Of a stretch of 48,226 nt of DNA, positions 1 through 8,452 are shown in pieces. A program made the position numbers and the translations under genes. Under the pieces are notes generated by a model. It was not told the DNA's origin, did not search any database, and was given only the letters and a program-made list of their open reading frames with translations. Position 1 is the first letter of the stretch. Every line of letters begins with the position of its first letter. Source of the stretch: an uncultured Bacteroidales bacterium (GTDB lineage: Bacteria > Bacteroidota > Bacteroidia > Bacteroidales > S143-33); assembly GCA_964637235.1 (NCBI GenBank), contig CAZWVR010000005.1:1-48226 (forward strand). The letters run 5' to 3'.

Positions 1-533
1 TGACGGTGGTTTTCCTCACCGAACAATCCCGAAGGAATATCAATGGAAATAACGAGCTTCTTGTGTGCCTGATTTATTTTCTGGATAATCTCGCCGGGCA
101 ATCCCTCAGCCGGACGGGAAAGCCCAGAGCCGAAAATGGCATCAATCACCACAAAATCAGACAAATCCTGCGGAAAATCCTCGGCAGAAGTGATATAATG
201 CACCTGAACGTTAGTATTTTTCAGCCGGTCAAGGTTTGTTTTAAAGTCCTGCGAATATTTGTCCGTAAATTTCACGACAAATACAATGACCTTATTTGTA
301 AGGCTTTGCTCACGTTGAGCTTTATCAATATGCCGGGCTATTACGAGTCCGTCTCCGCCGTTATTGCCAGGACCAGCAAATATAGCAAAATCATTTTCCG
401 CCCCTATGTTTTGTAAAATCCACTCGGCGGCACGCGAGGCAGCCCTTTCCATCAGATCAATGGACAGAATAGGCTCTTTTTCAATGGTATATCTATCAGC
501 TTCTTTAACCTGGGTAGTCGAAAGGATTTTCAT
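1..533 (-). CDS. nnr: NAD(P)H-hydrate epimerase (YjeF_N domain), probably bifunctional NnrE/NnrD; runs off the left edge
   Basis: Not in the ORF track. Hand translation of the reverse strand from ATG at 533 gives MKILSTTQVKEADRYTIEKEPILSIDLMERAA...FAGPGNNGGDGLVIARH...VVIDAIFGSGLSRP...SIDIPSG, which contains the YjeF_N motifs LMExA, GxGNNGGDG, DAxxGxG and DxPSG. Confidence 0.92.
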   Translation of the reverse strand, partial: MKILSTTQVKEADRYTIEKEPILSIDLMERAASRAAEWILQNIGAENDFAIFAGPGNNGGDGLVIARHIDKAQREQSLTNKVIVFVVKFTDKYSQDFKTNLDRLKNTNVQVHYITSAEDFPQDLSDFVVIDAIFGSGLSRPAEGLPGEIIQKINQAHKKLVISIDIPSGLFGEENHR

Positions 534-540
534 TATTATT

Positions 541-1866
541 TTATTTTTTTGGAGTTTGAGAATGTTTACTTTTTAAATATCTTAGTTTTCTTCTAAGCTT
601 TTGAATTTGATTTTTATATTTTTCAATTAAGGCTTCTATTTCTTCGGGAGATTGAGGAATAATATCTCCAAATTCATTAGCTAATTTTTCTTTTATTCTG
701 AGTGTGAAATCAGTTAAAACGTTCATATAATTTATGAAAGCACTATATGGGTCATTATAGGGATTAAAATATTTATGAACATCGCCATCGGCAAAAAATT
801 TTGTGCACATATAATAGAAATGATCGCTTGTTTGTAAATATAGCCAATCTTGTTTTATTTGCGGGTCATCAATAAGTTTAACGTATTTTTCCAAATTATA
901 CAATTTTTCAAAAGCTTCGTTTTGCATTTCATTACCGAGCCAGGCTGATAAATCTCTTGCTTCGTCAGCCCAAGAAATGGGGTAAGGTACACTTAAAGCT
1001 GCTACTGGCTGAAAGTTTTCAATTACTTCTGATGGCGTCATGAATTTAAATTCTGTATTAGAAAGTACATATTTAGGTAAGGCTTTCATAAACTCAAATA
1101 TACCGGTTTCAGCCCATTGATGTTCACCGAAAGTTTCATAGTCCATGAATAAACCGATAATTTCTTCATTAGGATTTATACTATTAAGCCAAGCGACGTA
1201 TTTTTCTGCTGTTAGAGGCCATTGATCCCAGGCTCTGTTAGAGAAGCGAAAAGCTATATCGTCAGAAAGTTGATAGTTTTTTAATAATAAACGTAATTTT
1301 GGAACTCTTGCAGAATAATATAAGTAATTTGGGCTTTTCCAACCTAAAATGTGTTTAGCTCCTTCTGTTATCATTGCTTTGTATCCCATCTGGTACACAT
1401 ATTCGCCAATTTCATCTGAGTATATCAATTCTGTATTGCGGAATACTTTTGGATTTTGTTTAAAATATTTTTTTATCAGTTCTCTATGAATAGCGACTTG
1501 ATTTTGAAATTCTTGTTTACTTTTAAGTGCTGCAAGAGAATGTGAATATGTTTCTGAAATAAATTCTACTTGTCCTGTTTCTGCTAATTTTTGGAAACTT
1601 TCTAATACTTCGGGAGCATATAAACGAAATTGTTCCAAAGCTACTCCTGATATAGAAAAAGCTACTTTAAAATTTGTACCGTATTCTTGAATTAATTCAT
1701 AAAGCAGCTGATTCATAGGTAAATAGCATTTTTGTGCTACTTTATTTATAATAGTACTATTTGCAAAGTCGTCGTAATAGTAATGATCTTCTCCAATCTC
1801 AAAAAATCTATATCTTTTTAATCTGAACGGTTGGTGAACTTGAAAATAAAATACAATAGCTTTCAT
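541..1866 (-). CDS. Glycoside hydrolase family 57 (alpha-amylase-like)
   Basis: Motifs VHQP, ETYSHSL, FRNTELIY (nucleophile Glu), SDDIAFRF, MDYETFGEHQW (acid/base Asp), SWAD and TSDHFYYM. Confidence 0.92.
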   Translation of the reverse strand: MKAIVFYFQVHQPFRLKRYRFFEIGEDHYYYDDFANSTIINKVAQKCYLPMNQLLYELIQEYGTNFKVAFSISGVALEQFRLYAPEVLESFQKLAETGQVEFISETYSHSLAALKSKQEFQNQVAIHRELIKKYFKQNPKVFRNTELIYSDEIGEYVYQMGYKAMITEGAKHILGWKSPNYLYYSARVPKLRLLLKNYQLSDDIAFRFSNRAWDQWPLTAEKYVAWLNSINPNEEIIGLFMDYETFGEHQWAETGIFEFMKALPKYVLSNTEFKFMTPSEVIENFQPVAALSVPYPISWADEARDLSAWLGNEMQNEAFEKLYNLEKYVKLIDDPQIKQDWLYLQTSDHFYYMCTKFFADGDVHKYFNPYNDPYSAFINYMNVLTDFTLRIKEKLANEFGDIIPQSPEEIEALIEKYKNQIQKLRRKLRYLKSKHSQTPKK

Positions 1867-1969
1867 ATTTTTATTTTTACCAGCGAAAATTTTAGTATTC
1901 GTTTAGGAAATTTTCGAATATTTGTTTATAAAATTTTATCAACAAAAAATAGCATTTCGTCAAAATTAT

Positions 1970-2374
1970 TTATTTTGTAATACCGCCGGGAGCCAAATAC
2001 ATGCTTGCTTCGTCTCCGTCAAGATATAAAGAAAAATCAATACGTTGTAAATTATCGGCTACTGTTCCGGTACCTTCAACCTCTACATTATTTAATACTT
2101 GTTTTGGTACGGTTGCATGATATCCATTAAGTTTCACAAGAGCAGTATCTCCATTGTTAATAAAGTTAGTTACAGAAAATTCCGAAGAGTTTTTTTTGAT
2201 GATTTGCACTTCATAAGTTTGTTCTACCCCAGAGCCGTCATCTAAATGAGCAGTCCATTTACCTGTAATATTGTCAATGATGTCTGTTTCGGTAGGAGCT
2301 GGTTCTGGTTGGCATCTCCATAATCCTATTATTATCAATAATAAACCTGATAAAATTAAAAATAGTTTTTTCAT
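1970..2374 (-). CDS. Hypothetical lipoprotein (beta-rich, lipocalin-like)
   Basis: MKK plus a hydrophobic stretch ending at Cys (GLWRC), followed by an ITGKW motif. Confidence 0.7.
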   Translation of the reverse strand: MKKLFLILSGLLLIIIGLWRCQPEPAPTETDIIDNITGKWTAHLDDGSGVEQTYEVQIIKKNSSEFSVTNFINNGDTALVKLNGYHATVPKQVLNNVEVEGTGTVADNLQRIDFSLYLDGDEASMYLAPGGITK

Positions 2375-2385
2375 GGCTTTTTTCG

Positions 2386-2393
2386 CAAATATA
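2386..2393 (-). promoter_or_regulatory. Bacteroidota housekeeping promoter -7 box (TATATTTG)
   Basis: CAAATATA on the + strand matches TAnnTTTG on the - strand, just upstream of the ATG at 2374. Confidence 0.6.
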
Positions 2394-2612
2394 CTAAATT
2401 AAATTAAAATAATTGGCTTAAATTCTAATTTTTTGGTATGATTATCTAAATAAAATTGATATTTATGTGTATTTTTGTAATTTATTAATTATCAGTAAGA
2501 TATAAGATAAAGCTTTTTGAATGTGATTAATTTGTTTTTATCAAAATTAACTTGTAATAAATAAAATTAAAAACTAAATTCATCACAAAAAATAATAAAA
2601 AACATTAAGCTT

Positions 2613-3344
2613 ATGAAAAAAACACTTTATTTTTTAGGCATTATAGGTATAATCTTTGCCTTTTATGGTTGTAGGAAAGGAAAAGAAGATCCTTTCATTT
2701 CCCTTATGTCTCGGAAAGCCCGTTTAACTGGAACGTGGCAAATTTCGGGTGCCCAGTGGACAGAAGAAGTTTATTGGGATAAAGGAATACCTACGTTATT
2801 CCCCTTGCCAAGCTCCGTATATAATCATTTGGGGATTCAAAAAGATCTCGAAGTCCAATATTACGATTATTACTATGAAAATAATTCATTAACAGAGATT
2901 GACAGAAATGATAATGATACAACAATTTATAGCCCATATACTTATACGATTACTTTTAATAAAGATAACACTTTTGAACTAAATGTTTATTCTAGAACTA
3001 AAAATTCGGATGGTTATTATTCAATGGATAGCTATACCTTGAATGGCTACTGGCATTTTTTGTCTAAGACCGAGGAAGCTAAAAATAAAGAGCGGGTTAT
3101 AATGGAAGTTACTAAATATTTTTATTCTTATAAAGAGCAATATGGTGAAGATGTTTATAGCGATACGGCTACGGCTAATATTTCAGGTTCTGGCTGGATG
3201 AATAGCGATATAGTACAAGTAATTGATCTTCTGGGTCTTTCTAATAAGACATTAAAAATTAGATATAACCAGTCTATTGAGCATGTTAATGGTGATTATT
3301 TTAAAATTTATGGTTGGGTTAGTTTTAAAAAAATAGAAAAATAA
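2613..3344 (+). CDS. Hypothetical lipoprotein, tandem paralog 1
   Basis: Lipobox FYGC, then RKGKEDPFISLMSRKARLTGTW. Confidence 0.8.
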   Translation: MKKTLYFLGIIGIIFAFYGCRKGKEDPFISLMSRKARLTGTWQISGAQWTEEVYWDKGIPTLFPLPSSVYNHLGIQKDLEVQYYDYYYENNSLTEIDRNDNDTTIYSPYTYTITFNKDNTFELNVYSRTKNSDGYYSMDSYTLNGYWHFLSKTEEAKNKERVIMEVTKYFYSYKEQYGEDVYSDTATANISGSGWMNSDIVQVIDLLGLSNKTLKIRYNQSIEHVNGDYFKIYGWVSFKKIEK

Positions 3345-3369
3345 AATATAAACTTTAAAATAAAAGGCT

Positions 3370-4104
3370 ATGAAAAAAACAATTTATATCTTAACAGTCA
3401 TTGCTTTAATTTTTGCTTTTTCAAGTTGTAAAAAGGGAGCAGAGGATCCTTCAATCTCTCTTTTATCTCGTAAAGCCCGTTTAACGGGAAAATGGGAAAT
3501 GACCTCAGGTCAATGGCAAACTATAAATTACACAGATAAAAAAGGTGGTTCTTTATTTTCATTGGGTAAAAAAGATGCTAATAGCTATGACACTTATATT
3601 TATGATAATAATAAACTTACGATATATAGTGTAATAGGAGATGAGAAAGATACAGTAATATACGACCCATTTGAATTTATTATGAGGTTTAATCGTGATC
3701 ATACATTTAGAATTTTAATTTATAGTAAACAAGTTAATAATGATTACAAGGATACTTATATTGAGGAGAACTGGGAGATAATTAAAGGTAATTGGTTTTT
3801 CCTATCCAAAGCAGGAGAATATAAGAATAAAGAGCGTGTTTATTTAGAATTTAGACAAGATAGCACTAAAGTTAAATATACTTATCAAAATGGAGATAGT
3901 GATATCTCCATAGATGTATGGAATTATTCTGGTACTAGTATGAATTATGAATATACAATGTTCTTTAATTATTATTACATATTAGACTTTTTGAAATTAG
4001 CAAATAAAGAATTAAAGATTAATATTAATTACAGTATAAAAGATGATAACGGGAAATTAGAGTATAGTGAACAGGGTACTATTACCTTTAATAAAAAGAA
4101 GTAA
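3370..4104 (+). CDS. Hypothetical lipoprotein, tandem paralog 2
   Basis: Lipobox FSSC, then KKGAEDPSISLLSRKARLTGKW. Shares GxWxFLSKxxExKNKERV with the upstream gene. Confidence 0.8.
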   Translation: MKKTIYILTVIALIFAFSSCKKGAEDPSISLLSRKARLTGKWEMTSGQWQTINYTDKKGGSLFSLGKKDANSYDTYIYDNNKLTIYSVIGDEKDTVIYDPFEFIMRFNRDHTFRILIYSKQVNNDYKDTYIEENWEIIKGNWFFLSKAGEYKNKERVYLEFRQDSTKVKYTYQNGDSDISIDVWNYSGTSMNYEYTMFFNYYYILDFLKLANKELKININYSIKDDNGKLEYSEQGTITFNKKK

Positions 4105-4126
4105 AACATGGTATGATAAAAAAGAA

Positions 4127-4298
4127 GGGGATGACTAAAAAGTCAAAAATAAAAAATTGTCACTAACACAACCTATTGATTTTTAAAATGTTATCTTTTT
4201 AAGGGTTGAATAATTTTTAAAAATATATTTATCAGTTATTTTACTGGTATCTAAGCCCCCTCTGATTACAAACAGAGGGGGACTTTTTAGACAGCCTC
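4127..4298. mobile_element. MITE-like element or IS remnant bounded by 18-bp imperfect terminal inverted repeats
   Basis: GGGGATGACTAAAAAGTC (4127-4144) matches the reverse complement of GACTTTTTAGACAGCCTC (4281-4298), GAGGCTGTCTAAAAAGTC, at 15/18 positions. No ORF inside; flanked by A and T tracts. Confidence 0.55.
4256..4281. terminator. Hairpin, likely terminator between convergent genes
   Basis: CCCCCTCTG-attacaaa-CAGAGGGGG forms a 9-bp stem followed by ACTTTTT. Confidence 0.65.
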
Positions 4299-4383
4299 TT
4301 TTTTATTTTTTTTCTTATAAAATTCGATCTAAATATTTATAATTTCCTTGACTTTTGTATATCCCTACTTATGAGCGTTAGTT

Positions 4384-5304
4384 TTATTTTTTTGTACGTG
4401 CTAAACGGAAGCCGTAATTATAATTAGTATATCCTGGTTTAGGTCCGTCTCTACTTGTTACTGTTGCATATTCGGGTCTATAATGCCATGAACCGCCTCT
4501 GATAACCCTATAACCAGTAGGAGTTTCGTTGACAGGAAAATCTACTGGGCTGTTTTTATAAAAATACGGAGAATAATAATCATAGCACCATTCCCAAACA
4601 TTGCCTGTCATATCATAGATACCAAGTTCGTTAGGCTTTTTGGTACCGACAGGTCTTGGGCCGGTTTGCATAGTTGTTTCATCTACCCAGCCTACTTCTG
4701 CGTAATTATTACTACCACTGAATCTATAACCTTTTGATTTTCTTCCACCTCTTGCTGCATATTCCCATTCAGCTTCGGTAGGTAAACGATAGCCATTTTT
4801 AGTAAAGTCGCATTTTATAGCACCGTCGTCGTCTATATAATAGCATTTTTCCAGACCTTCTTTTTCGCTAAGCCAATTACAATAAGCAATAGCATCATAC
4901 CAAGTAACGTGAAACATAGGGTAGTCTGGTTTCCAGCCCCACCATTTTTCAGGTCTTACGTCGTAATATTTTTTTGTTTCTGGGTGTCCTTGCCACCACG
5001 TAGAATCTGGCTCAGGAGGTAATGTATGAGTTCGATATGAGCTAAATTCGTTAAAAGATTTATCTTTAAGGAATTCCATATATTCTTTGACAGTAACTTC
5101 ATATTTACCGATATAAAAATCTCTAACTTTTACTTCATGGGCGGGATATTCATCAGGATCGCCTTTTCGGAGTTTGTCTTTGTATGGGTTGCCCATCATA
5201 AATTTTCCACCTTTAACAAAAACCATTTCTGGTTTTATTTGAGATTGGGCTTTAAAGAAACTAATGAATAGAGCAAGTATAAGTATTAAAACAGATTTTT
5301 TCAT
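4384..5304 (-). CDS. Formylglycine-generating-enzyme (SUMF1/FGE-sulfatase) domain protein, secreted
   Basis: Signal peptide plus motifs MVFVKGGKFMMG, YEVT, VTWYDAIAYCNWLS, YRLPTEAEWEYAARGG, NELGIYDMTGNVWEWC, RGGSW and GFRL. Confidence 0.92.
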   Translation of the reverse strand: MKKSVLILILALFISFFKAQSQIKPEMVFVKGGKFMMGNPYKDKLRKGDPDEYPAHEVKVRDFYIGKYEVTVKEYMEFLKDKSFNEFSSYRTHTLPPEPDSTWWQGHPETKKYYDVRPEKWWGWKPDYPMFHVTWYDAIAYCNWLSEKEGLEKCYYIDDDGAIKCDFTKNGYRLPTEAEWEYAARGGRKSKGYRFSGSNNYAEVGWVDETTMQTGPRPVGTKKPNELGIYDMTGNVWEWCYDYYSPYFYKNSPVDFPVNETPTGYRVIRGGSWHYRPEYATVTSRDGPKPGYTNYNYGFRLARTKK

Positions 5305-5347
5305 AGTATTTTTTTAAATATTAAACCCCAAAAAATAAATTTTATTG

Positions 5348-5851
5348 TTAACCTACTGCTTGATCATCTCCGAAATCGTCTTCTGGCGTTAAACCTTCTT
5401 CAATAGGTTCTCCTATTTCACTGTTTTTATGGTTATTATTATTCTGTGCTATTTGAGCTCTTGCCAGTGCATAAGTTTTTTTCTTATCCGAAGAAGTGAT
5501 ATGATGCATAACTTTTGCACCAAAATAGAAGGCTATCATCATTTGGAAAGCTACCATAAGTTCGTGTATTTCTTGTTCAAAGCCAACTACTCTTACGTTA
5601 ACTAATTCTAATATTACTACAACAAAAAGTAGGGTTAATGTTAGGATACCTCGGAATGTTCCTCTTGGCATTCCGAAAGTTTCATCTTGATACGGATTAG
5701 GATTTTCTTTTGTCCAAGGTCCGAAAGTGTATTTAATGAACATTATTATGATAAATACCAATACCAGAAGCAACCATAGGAATATTGGTATTAATACTTG
5801 CCATAAAAATTGTTCATAAGGTAAATCAATGAAAGTCATATATTTATCCAT
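5348..5851 (-). CDS. 3-TM membrane protein, holin-like
   Basis: Three hydrophobic segments, an FGMPRGTFR loop, an IAFYFG motif at the end of TM3 (recalls GTA_holin_3TM-type xFYFG) and an acidic tail. The holin call is inferred. Confidence 0.5.
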   Translation of the reverse strand: MDKYMTFIDLPYEQFLWQVLIPIFLWLLLVLVFIIIMFIKYTFGPWTKENPNPYQDETFGMPRGTFRGILTLTLLFVVVILELVNVRVVGFEQEIHELMVAFQMMIAFYFGAKVMHHITSSDKKKTYALARAQIAQNNNNHKNSEIGEPIEEGLTPEDDFGDDQAVG

Positions 5852-5869
5852 AGCATATTGTTTTTTAAA

Positions 5870-6310
5870 TTAGTGAAATAGATATGCACCTAAGAAAAAG
5901 GAGGCTATTGAAAAAACAATTCCTCCTCCGATGGCGTATTTCATATATCTGTTGTATTTTTCTGAGATTTTATTTGAACGCGTCAGATCTTCTTCACATT
6001 CTTGCTCCATTTTTTTATAGAAATTTCTATCGCTTTTTAGTGTATCTATCAATGATTGTTGAGTATTTAGCATTTCTTTTAAAGAGTCTACTTGTTTTTT
6101 TAGTAGTAGGTTTTGTTTTTTTTCAATTTTATAAAGTTTTGAAACTTTGATAGTTTTTTTTAGTTGTTTATGTGTTATAACCCATAAAGTATCAGTTTTA
6201 CTGAAAACTTCTTTTTTATTATTCGGAAGTATATAAAAAGGGTATTTTGGTTTTTGAGCGAAAGCCACTGTATTTATAAATATGAATATTATCAGCAGTT
6301 TAAATTTCAT
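5870..6310 (-). CDS. Exported coiled-coil protein with C-terminal TM (spanin-like topology)
   Basis: Preferred start ATG at 6310 (MKFKLLIIFIFINTVAFA-Q, SPI signal). Heptad-like region, then C-terminal AIGGGIVFSIASFFLGAYLF. Confidence 0.5.
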   Translation of the reverse strand: MKFKLLIIFIFINTVAFAQKPKYPFYILPNNKKEVFSKTDTLWVITHKQLKKTIKVSKLYKIEKKQNLLLKKQVDSLKEMLNTQQSLIDTLKSDRNFYKKMEQECEEDLTRSNKISEKYNRYMKYAIGGGIVFSIASFFLGAYLFH

Positions 6311-6320
6311 TTGTATAATT

Positions 6321-6734
6321 TTATGTACCGAATTCATCAATAAAAGAATCTTTAAGTTGGTCTAAGTCCATTTGTTCGACTTGATTGTTTACTTGATTTT
6401 TTTCCAGTTCCAGTTTATCAATTTTATCTTGCAAGATATTGACTTGTGCTTGTAATTGTTGGATTTTTTTCTCTTTTTGCTCAATAATAATTCTGTAATA
6501 TTCATCGTGTTTTTTTATCAAGTCTTGTCTATTTAATTGTCGTTGCAAAATATTTTTTGTAGTTGTAGTTTGACCTGAGGAAGCTTTTCTGAGGAATTCA
6601 AAAGGACCTGCGGCAGCGGCTAAGATAATAGATAGCCACTGCCAATTTGTTTTTATGTATCCTTGTTGATATAGCCAGCCCAGTATAAAGAATATTATTG
6701 TTAGTATTATAAGTATCCAAATCCATTTTTTCAT
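6321..6734 (-). CDS. N-terminally membrane-anchored coiled-coil protein (i-spanin-like topology)
   Basis: Preferred start ATG at 6734 (MKKWIWILIIL...). One or two TM segments, then a strong coiled coil (KIQQLQAQVNILQDKIDKLELEK). Confidence 0.5.
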   Translation of the reverse strand: MKKWIWILIILTIIFFILGWLYQQGYIKTNWQWLSIILAAAAGPFEFLRKASSGQTTTTKNILQRQLNRQDLIKKHDEYYRIIIEQKEKKIQQLQAQVNILQDKIDKLELEKNQVNNQVEQMDLDQLKDSFIDEFGT

Positions 6735-6744
6735 AGGCGTGTTT

Positions 6745-7560
6745 TTAGTCAATATCAATATATTTACCGAATACCCAACCTTGGATTTCAACAGCTACTT
6801 TGTACCAGCCATTGTGTTCGTCGATAATATAAACTTTTTTGCCTTTTGGAAGTGCTTTTGCGACTCGTGGTGCATTGCTATTTGGTTGAGATCTTATATT
6901 AAGGCTTGAAGCGATTACTCTACCTACAGTAGGTTTTTCTGGCATACCATCTTCGTCTCGTTTTGTGCCTAATAATCTTTCTCTAAACTTATCGAGAGGG
7001 AAAGCTGGACCTGGGTCTAATTTTCGTTTAGGGGCTATTTCTTCATGTCCGAGAATATATTTAATTCCGTAAGTTTCTATTAGAAGTTCTACTAATTCTC
7101 TGGCGGTATCAATTTGTTCCGGAGTATATATATGCCAGAATCTTGGTCTTGTTTCGTTTCTATGTATTGCTTCAATGACTTCTGAGGGGTTAACGGCTTC
7201 TCCGAACCAAGCTCTGAATATATTGCCACTTTTTGTAAGAGGTCCGTAATTAACCATTTCAATGCCGATAGAGTATTTATTAAATCCGCTACGTCCTTTA
7301 TAATAGCTTCGTCCTGCATGCCAAGCTATAAGGTTAAAAGGTACTAATTGAGTGACGGTTCCGTCTCTGTCAATTATGACGTGTGCGGAGGCTCTTGCCC
7401 TTGGATTTGTAAGGGTATTTAAAGATGTCCTAAAAGGTCCTGCTGTATAGTGCATAATTACAGTATCCAAGTCACCTGGCTTAAATTCGCCGCTATGGTT
7501 CGGGGAGGGAACCATTTTTTTTACTTTTGTCCCGGAGAGGATATGATTTTTTATTTCCAT
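6745..7560 (-). CDS. N-acetylmuramoyl-L-alanine amidase (Amidase_2) with C-terminal SH3b domain, no signal peptide
   Basis: Motifs VIMHYT, SAH, AWHAG, SIGIE, GHEEI and RKLDPG. C-terminal LNIRSQP...GWYKV...GWV is an SH3b pattern. The N-terminus is not hydrophobic. Confidence 0.93.
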   Translation of the reverse strand: MEIKNHILSGTKVKKMVPSPNHSGEFKPGDLDTVIMHYTAGPFRTSLNTLTNPRARASAHVIIDRDGTVTQLVPFNLIAWHAGRSYYKGRSGFNKYSIGIEMVNYGPLTKSGNIFRAWFGEAVNPSEVIEAIHRNETRPRFWHIYTPEQIDTARELVELLIETYGIKYILGHEEIAPKRKLDPGPAFPLDKFRERLLGTKRDEDGMPEKPTVGRVIASSLNIRSQPNSNAPRVAKALPKGKKVYIIDEHNGWYKVAVEIQGWVFGKYIDID

Positions 7561-7577
7561 AACGTAAAAATTTTATT

Positions 7578-7585
7578 CAAATATA
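7578..7585 (-). promoter_or_regulatory. Bacteroidota -7 promoter box (TATATTTG) upstream of the amidase cassette
   Basis: CAAATATA on the + strand, 17 nt upstream of the ATG at 7560. Confidence 0.55.
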
Positions 7586-7618
7586 CAAAAAAATATAAAA
7601 AATGGAATATTTTTTTGA

Positions 7619-8392
7619 TTATTTTTTAAATCCTGTTTCTAAATTTGTCCCCACTATTGTTGGGCTTACTACATTAGGAGGTCCTTCATAACCACGTCGT
7701 TCAGTAGTTATAAGGATAGCTATTCTATCTTCATAAGGGCTGATGAAACAGCCTTTTAAAACTGCGTTTAAGATATAGTCTACCTTAGGCATTTTTTCTT
7801 CGTAAGCCACTTTTGAGCCTTTATTTGGAGATTTAATAACTATTTGCAAACCTGTAATTATATCTAAATTCATATCTGTATCGTGCTTTATTTGTTTGTG
7901 CATTTCTATTATGTAGTCTTCGCCTTTGTATTTAAAATATGGGGATTTTAGGGTGAAATGTTTCTGTTGTATTATTCCATATTGATTTAGTTTACGTTTT
8001 ATTAGTGTATAGTAACTTTTCCATGTACTTGCGCGCAGATCGTTTATATCTTCTCCACCGTTAAGTTCAATCATTTTTTCTTTATCCCAGATTATTTTAT
8101 TGTTAATCAAGTCTTTAATGACAAATCTTACTATATAAGCTCCGATAGCTTCGTCTGCTGGTTCTAATATATATGCTAATTTACCATCTTTTGACCAGCC
8201 AATAGGAAAAAGTTTATCTACCAGTACATCAGTAGATTGATTATAGACAAATTCTTCGGGGAAGAAGTATTCTTCGGTAATTGTATCGCTTTTTTGTATA
8301 TTATCTTTATTGTCTGATTTATTTTTGTTAGATTTACAGCTGCCTATAATCAATGTAATAGCAATAAGTGTAGCGAGTAAAATTCTATTCAT
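7619..8392 (-). CDS. Hypothetical lipoprotein
   Basis: Preferred start ATG at 8392 (MNRILL...). Lipobox IGSC, followed by a K/N/D-rich linker and FPIGWSKDGK. Confidence 0.75.
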   Translation of the reverse strand: MNRILLATLIAITLIIGSCKSNKNKSDNKDNIQKSDTITEEYFFPEEFVYNQSTDVLVDKLFPIGWSKDGKLAYILEPADEAIGAYIVRFVIKDLINNKIIWDKEKMIELNGGEDINDLRASTWKSYYTLIKRKLNQYGIIQQKHFTLKSPYFKYKGEDYIIEMHKQIKHDTDMNLDIITGLQIVIKSPNKGSKVAYEEKMPKVDYILNAVLKGCFISPYEDRIAILITTERRGYEGPPNVVSPTIVGTNLETGFKK

Positions 8393-8452
8393 TTTTTTAT
8401 ATTTTGCACACACAAAAATGAGAAAAAAAAGTATAAAAAAAAATTTTTTAAA

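Noticed and set aside
6-576. Plus-strand ORFs 6..416 and 364..576
   Set aside because: They are shadows of the minus-strand nnr gene, which has clear YjeF_N motifs.
4384-4520. FGE C-terminus as the variable region of a diversity-generating retroelement
   Set aside because: No template-repeat copy and no reverse transcriptase were seen in the window. A remote DGR cannot be excluded.
7092-7319. Same-strand alternative-frame ORF inside the amidase as an embedded Rz1-like gene
   Set aside because: It has no signal peptide or lipobox, and it lies within the amidase rather than the spanin-like gene.
5348-7560. Intact prophage
   Set aside because: No integrase, terminase, capsid, tail or att-like repeats were seen, and the flanking genes are cellular.
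8414-8430. AAAAATGAGAAAAAAAA, also present near 27673-27690, as a shared regulatory motif
   Set aside because: It is low-complexity A-rich sequence, expected by chance in this AT-rich DNA.
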